A stretch of 16,966 nucleotides of DNA from positions 1 to 16,966 of the forward strand of contig JBBISH010000128.1 of the NCBI GenBank assembly GCA_037441385.1, read 5' to 3'. Within the stretch, counting starts at the first letter, position 1. Every line of letters begins with the position of its first letter. Below are positions 14,590 to 16,966 of the stretch, piece by piece. The notes under the pieces were generated by a model that made no database searches, was not told the DNA's origin, and saw only the letters and a list, made by a program, of their open reading frames with translations. The position numbers were made by a program, and so were the translations under genes. This DNA is from Myxococcales bacterium. GTDB taxonomy: Bacteria; Myxococcota_A; UBA9042.

Positions 14590-16371
14590 TTGGCAGTGTC
14601 GAACTCCGAAACCAGCAAGCGGCCGCGCCTTTCCGAGGCGCTGCTTACCCGCAGCGACATCGGTGTCACCGAGCTGGTCGACAAGCTCAAGCAGGCCGAG
14701 GCCTACCAAGCCGCGGGACAGCTGATCGAAGCCGCGCGCGAGTACAATGCCGCGGGCCAGTTTTACGCGTTGCGCGCCCAGCACCACAAGGCCGTGCAGG
14801 TCCTGCGCCAGGCGGCCCGCTGCGCGCCCGACGACGACGAGATCCAGATCCAGCTGGGCGAATCGCTGGGGGCGCTGAAGCTCGTCGAGGATGCCGCCCA
14901 GGCTTATCGGCGTGCGGCGCAGATCCTGGAGTCGCAGTCGCGGATCGCCGAGTTCCTGGACGTGGTGCAGCGCATGCTGAACCTGGATCCGGGCGATCTG
15001 CACGGCCGCCTGCGCTTGGCCGAAGCCATGTCGCGCGCGGGCCGCACCGCCGAGGCTGGGCAAAACTTCCAAGCGCTGGCCGAAGCCTTGCTGAGCGCGG
15101 GCGAGACCGACGACTGGGAGAAGGTGGCCGAGCGCCTGCTGCACCACGATGCCAGCAACGCCACGGTGGCCCACGATCTGGCGCTGCACTATGTGCGGTC
15201 GGGTCGCTACGCGCTGGCGCTGCCCAAGCTGATCTTGTGCTACGAGCTGGAGCCGGGCGACGCCGAGCTGATTGACCTGATTATCGATACGTTGCAGAAC
15301 TTGGGTCAGCGCGAAAAGGCCGCGACGATTTGCCGGCAGCTGCTGGCCACGCTGCGCAAGACCGGCCTGGCCGAAGAAGCCGAGCGCACCTTGCAGCGGC
15401 TGTACCACCTGGACCCCGACGACGCCGAAGCGCGCGACCACGTGGCAGGCCAAAAAGGCGCGGTCGAGGGTGGGACCGTCTTGGAATTCGAGGCGGCGTC
15501 TGCAGGTTCGAGCAAGCAGCCTGCGGTGGCGACCAAGGCGGCGACCGAACGCCCAGCGCCGGTGCCTGCTCCGGTCCCCGCGCCAGCCAAGCCCGTGCCC
15601 GCCGCGGCCAAGCCGGCGCCCGCCGCCGCCAAGCCCGCCGCCACGGCGGCGCCTAGCACAAGGGCAAGTGGTCACCGGCCGCGCAACCCCATGGCCGAGG
15701 AGGACTTTGACGGCGAGACCTCGTACTTGCCCAACAACGTTCCCGCCCCGACACCGGCGCCGGGCAACCGCCAACCCCTGCCCCGAAGTGGGGTGGTGAC
15801 CGGCCGTCCGCCGTCCGGCATGCACCCAGCGCGCTCGGCCTCGGGTGGCTTTGCCGCGCGCCCGGCCGCGGTCCCTGCACTCGAGCAGTTGGTCAGCAGC
15901 GTGGCCGACGAGGGCGACGCCGAGCAAGACTGGCCAACGGACGACGAAGCTGGCTTCGATGGCGTCGACCAGACGATCGTGCAAGACGTGGTGCGCTTGA
16001 GCGATCGGCTGCCCGCGGCCGGTGGTCCCCAATTCGACTGGGCCGGCCACGCCGCCGCGCCAGCGCCTGCACCGCGACCGGCCGTACCCGCGGCCGCAAG
16101 CATGCCGTCGGCCCAACAACCCGTCGTAACTCCGCGCGCCCGCTCGGGGACCCTGCCGCGGCCGCGCCTGGCTCGCCATGCCGGCACCGTGAGCGAGTTG
16201 CCGGCCACCGCCCGCGATCTGGCCAAAGACTTGGGCACGCTCGACTTCTTTATCGAACGTGGCTTCTACGACTCGGCGGTGGCCCTGCTAGAAGAACTGC
16301 AGCGCCGCCATCCAGAGAGCCTGCAAGTCCGCGCCTATCGCCAACGCGTCGAAAAGATGAGCCGCAGCTAA
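14590..16371 (+). CDS. Tetratricopeptide repeat protein, SgmX-like N-terminal TPR array with a Pro/Ala-rich linker and one C-terminal TPR-like hairpin
   Basis: TTG start 6 nt after AAGGAG (14578..14583); about 280 aa of TPR-like helices ('RMLNLDPGD', 'DDWEKVAERL', 'ALPKLILCY', 'LDPDD'); C-terminal 'DFFIERGFYDSAVALLEELQRRHP'. Confidence 0.8.
   Translation: MAVSNSETSKRPRLSEALLTRSDIGVTELVDKLKQAEAYQAAGQLIEAAREYNAAGQFYALRAQHHKAVQVLRQAARCAPDDDEIQIQLGESLGALKLVEDAAQAYRRAAQILESQSRIAEFLDVVQRMLNLDPGDLHGRLRLAEAMSRAGRTAEAGQNFQALAEALLSAGETDDWEKVAERLLHHDASNATVAHDLALHYVRSGRYALALPKLILCYELEPGDAELIDLIIDTLQNLGQREKAATICRQLLATLRKTGLAEEAERTLQRLYHLDPDDAEARDHVAGQKGAVEGGTVLEFEAASAGSSKQPAVATKAATERPAPVPAPVPAPAKPVPAAAKPAPAAAKPAATAAPSTRASGHRPRNPMAEEDFDGETSYLPNNVPAPTPAPGNRQPLPRSGVVTGRPPSGMHPARSASGGFAARPAAVPALEQLVSSVADEGDAEQDWPTDDEAGFDGVDQTIVQDVVRLSDRLPAAGGPQFDWAGHAAAPAPAPRPAVPAAASMPSAQQPVVTPRARSGTLPRPRLARHAGTVSELPATARDLAKDLGTLDFFIERGFYDSAVALLEELQRRHPESLQVRAYRQRVEKMSRS
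15586..15642 (+). repeat. Coding 21-nt tandem repeat (about 2.7 copies) encoding AKP(V/A)PAA
   Basis: gccaagcccgtgcccgccgcg gccaagccggcgcccgccgcc gccaagcccgccgcc. Confidence 0.7.
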
Positions 16372-16413
16372 CCTTCCGCGGCGACCACTGCATCCCCCCA
16401 CCAGGCAAGGCCC

Positions 16414-16966
16414 ATGAGCGCCGACGCAAGCAAGTCGCAACCCGCCACGCTGCAACAGCGCGAGGCGCAACTCGACGATTTGGAACTCGAACTAGCTTTG
16501 GAAGATGCGCAGTTGCGCGGTCAAGAAGGCCAACTCGCCGCACAGCGCAAAGCCTTGACCGAGCGCGCCGCCCGCTTGGACCAGCGCGAGCGTCAACTGA
16601 TCGAGCGGGCCGGGCCGCTGCTCCAGCGCGACCGCCTCGCGGGGCTGGGCGACGGCCAGGCTCTGGGCGACAGCGATGTCGAAGGCTTGGTGGCCAAGTC
16701 GCTGACGCTGCACTTGGGCCGCGAGGCCTTGCTCGTCGCCCGCCACGAGATGCTGCAGCGCCGCCGGCAGCTACAGGCGCAGCGACGCGACGAATTGCAC
16801 AACTACGAAGCCGGTTTTGGCCGGGCCGAGCTGCGCCTAGCCGCCCGCGAGCGCCTGGTCGCCACCATGACGGCCGAGCTGCTGCGCGACTTGGCCGAGC
16901 CCGCGCCGCCGCGGCCCACCCCGCAACCCGCCCGCGCGCGGCGCACGCCCACGCCCACGCCCGCGC
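16414..16966 (+). CDS. Hypothetical coiled-coil protein, 5' part only (not in the ORF track)
   Basis: ATG 16414 after AAGG; open to the window end: MSADASKSQPATLQQREAQLDDLELELALEDAQLRGQEGQLAAQRKALTERAARLDQRERQL...; GC3-rich codons, heptad-like L/E/R/Q composition, then a Pro-rich stretch. Confidence 0.75.
   Translation, partial: MSADASKSQPATLQQREAQLDDLELELALEDAQLRGQEGQLAAQRKALTERAARLDQRERQLIERAGPLLQRDRLAGLGDGQALGDSDVEGLVAKSLTLHLGREALLVARHEMLQRRRQLQAQRRDELHNYEAGFGRAELRLAARERLVATMTAELLRDLAEPAPPRPTPQPARARRTPTPTPA

Overview
High-GC bacterial chromosomal DNA, most likely Myxococcota/Deltaproteobacteria (inferred from a MYXO-CTERM-like tail, an SgmX-like TPR protein and a D/A/T-rich lipoprotein). 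Left to right: (1) the 5' part of an HUH/Y1 tyrosine transposase gene (RAYT/IS200-like), 1..222 minus, absent from the supplied ORF track; (2) two abutting, diverged, structured non-coding units of 153 and 160 nt (229..381, 382..541) that fill nearly the whole gap between that gene and czcA; (3) a czcCBA-type heavy-metal RND efflux operon; (4) a multidomain lipoprotein with a single-Cys redoxin domain; (5) a YhhQ/VUT queuosine-precursor transporter; (6) an FHA-GAF-adenylate cyclase; (7) murI; (8) a matrixin-type metalloprotease with a MYXO-CTERM-like anchor; (9) aroQ, efp, a short SgmX-like TPR protein and a partial coiled-coil gene. The best candidate for an undescribed system is the HUH nuclease with its upstream tandem units, which share an invariant 17-nt core and show compensatory base-pair changes. 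All protein calls come from motifs recognised by eye; no searches were run.
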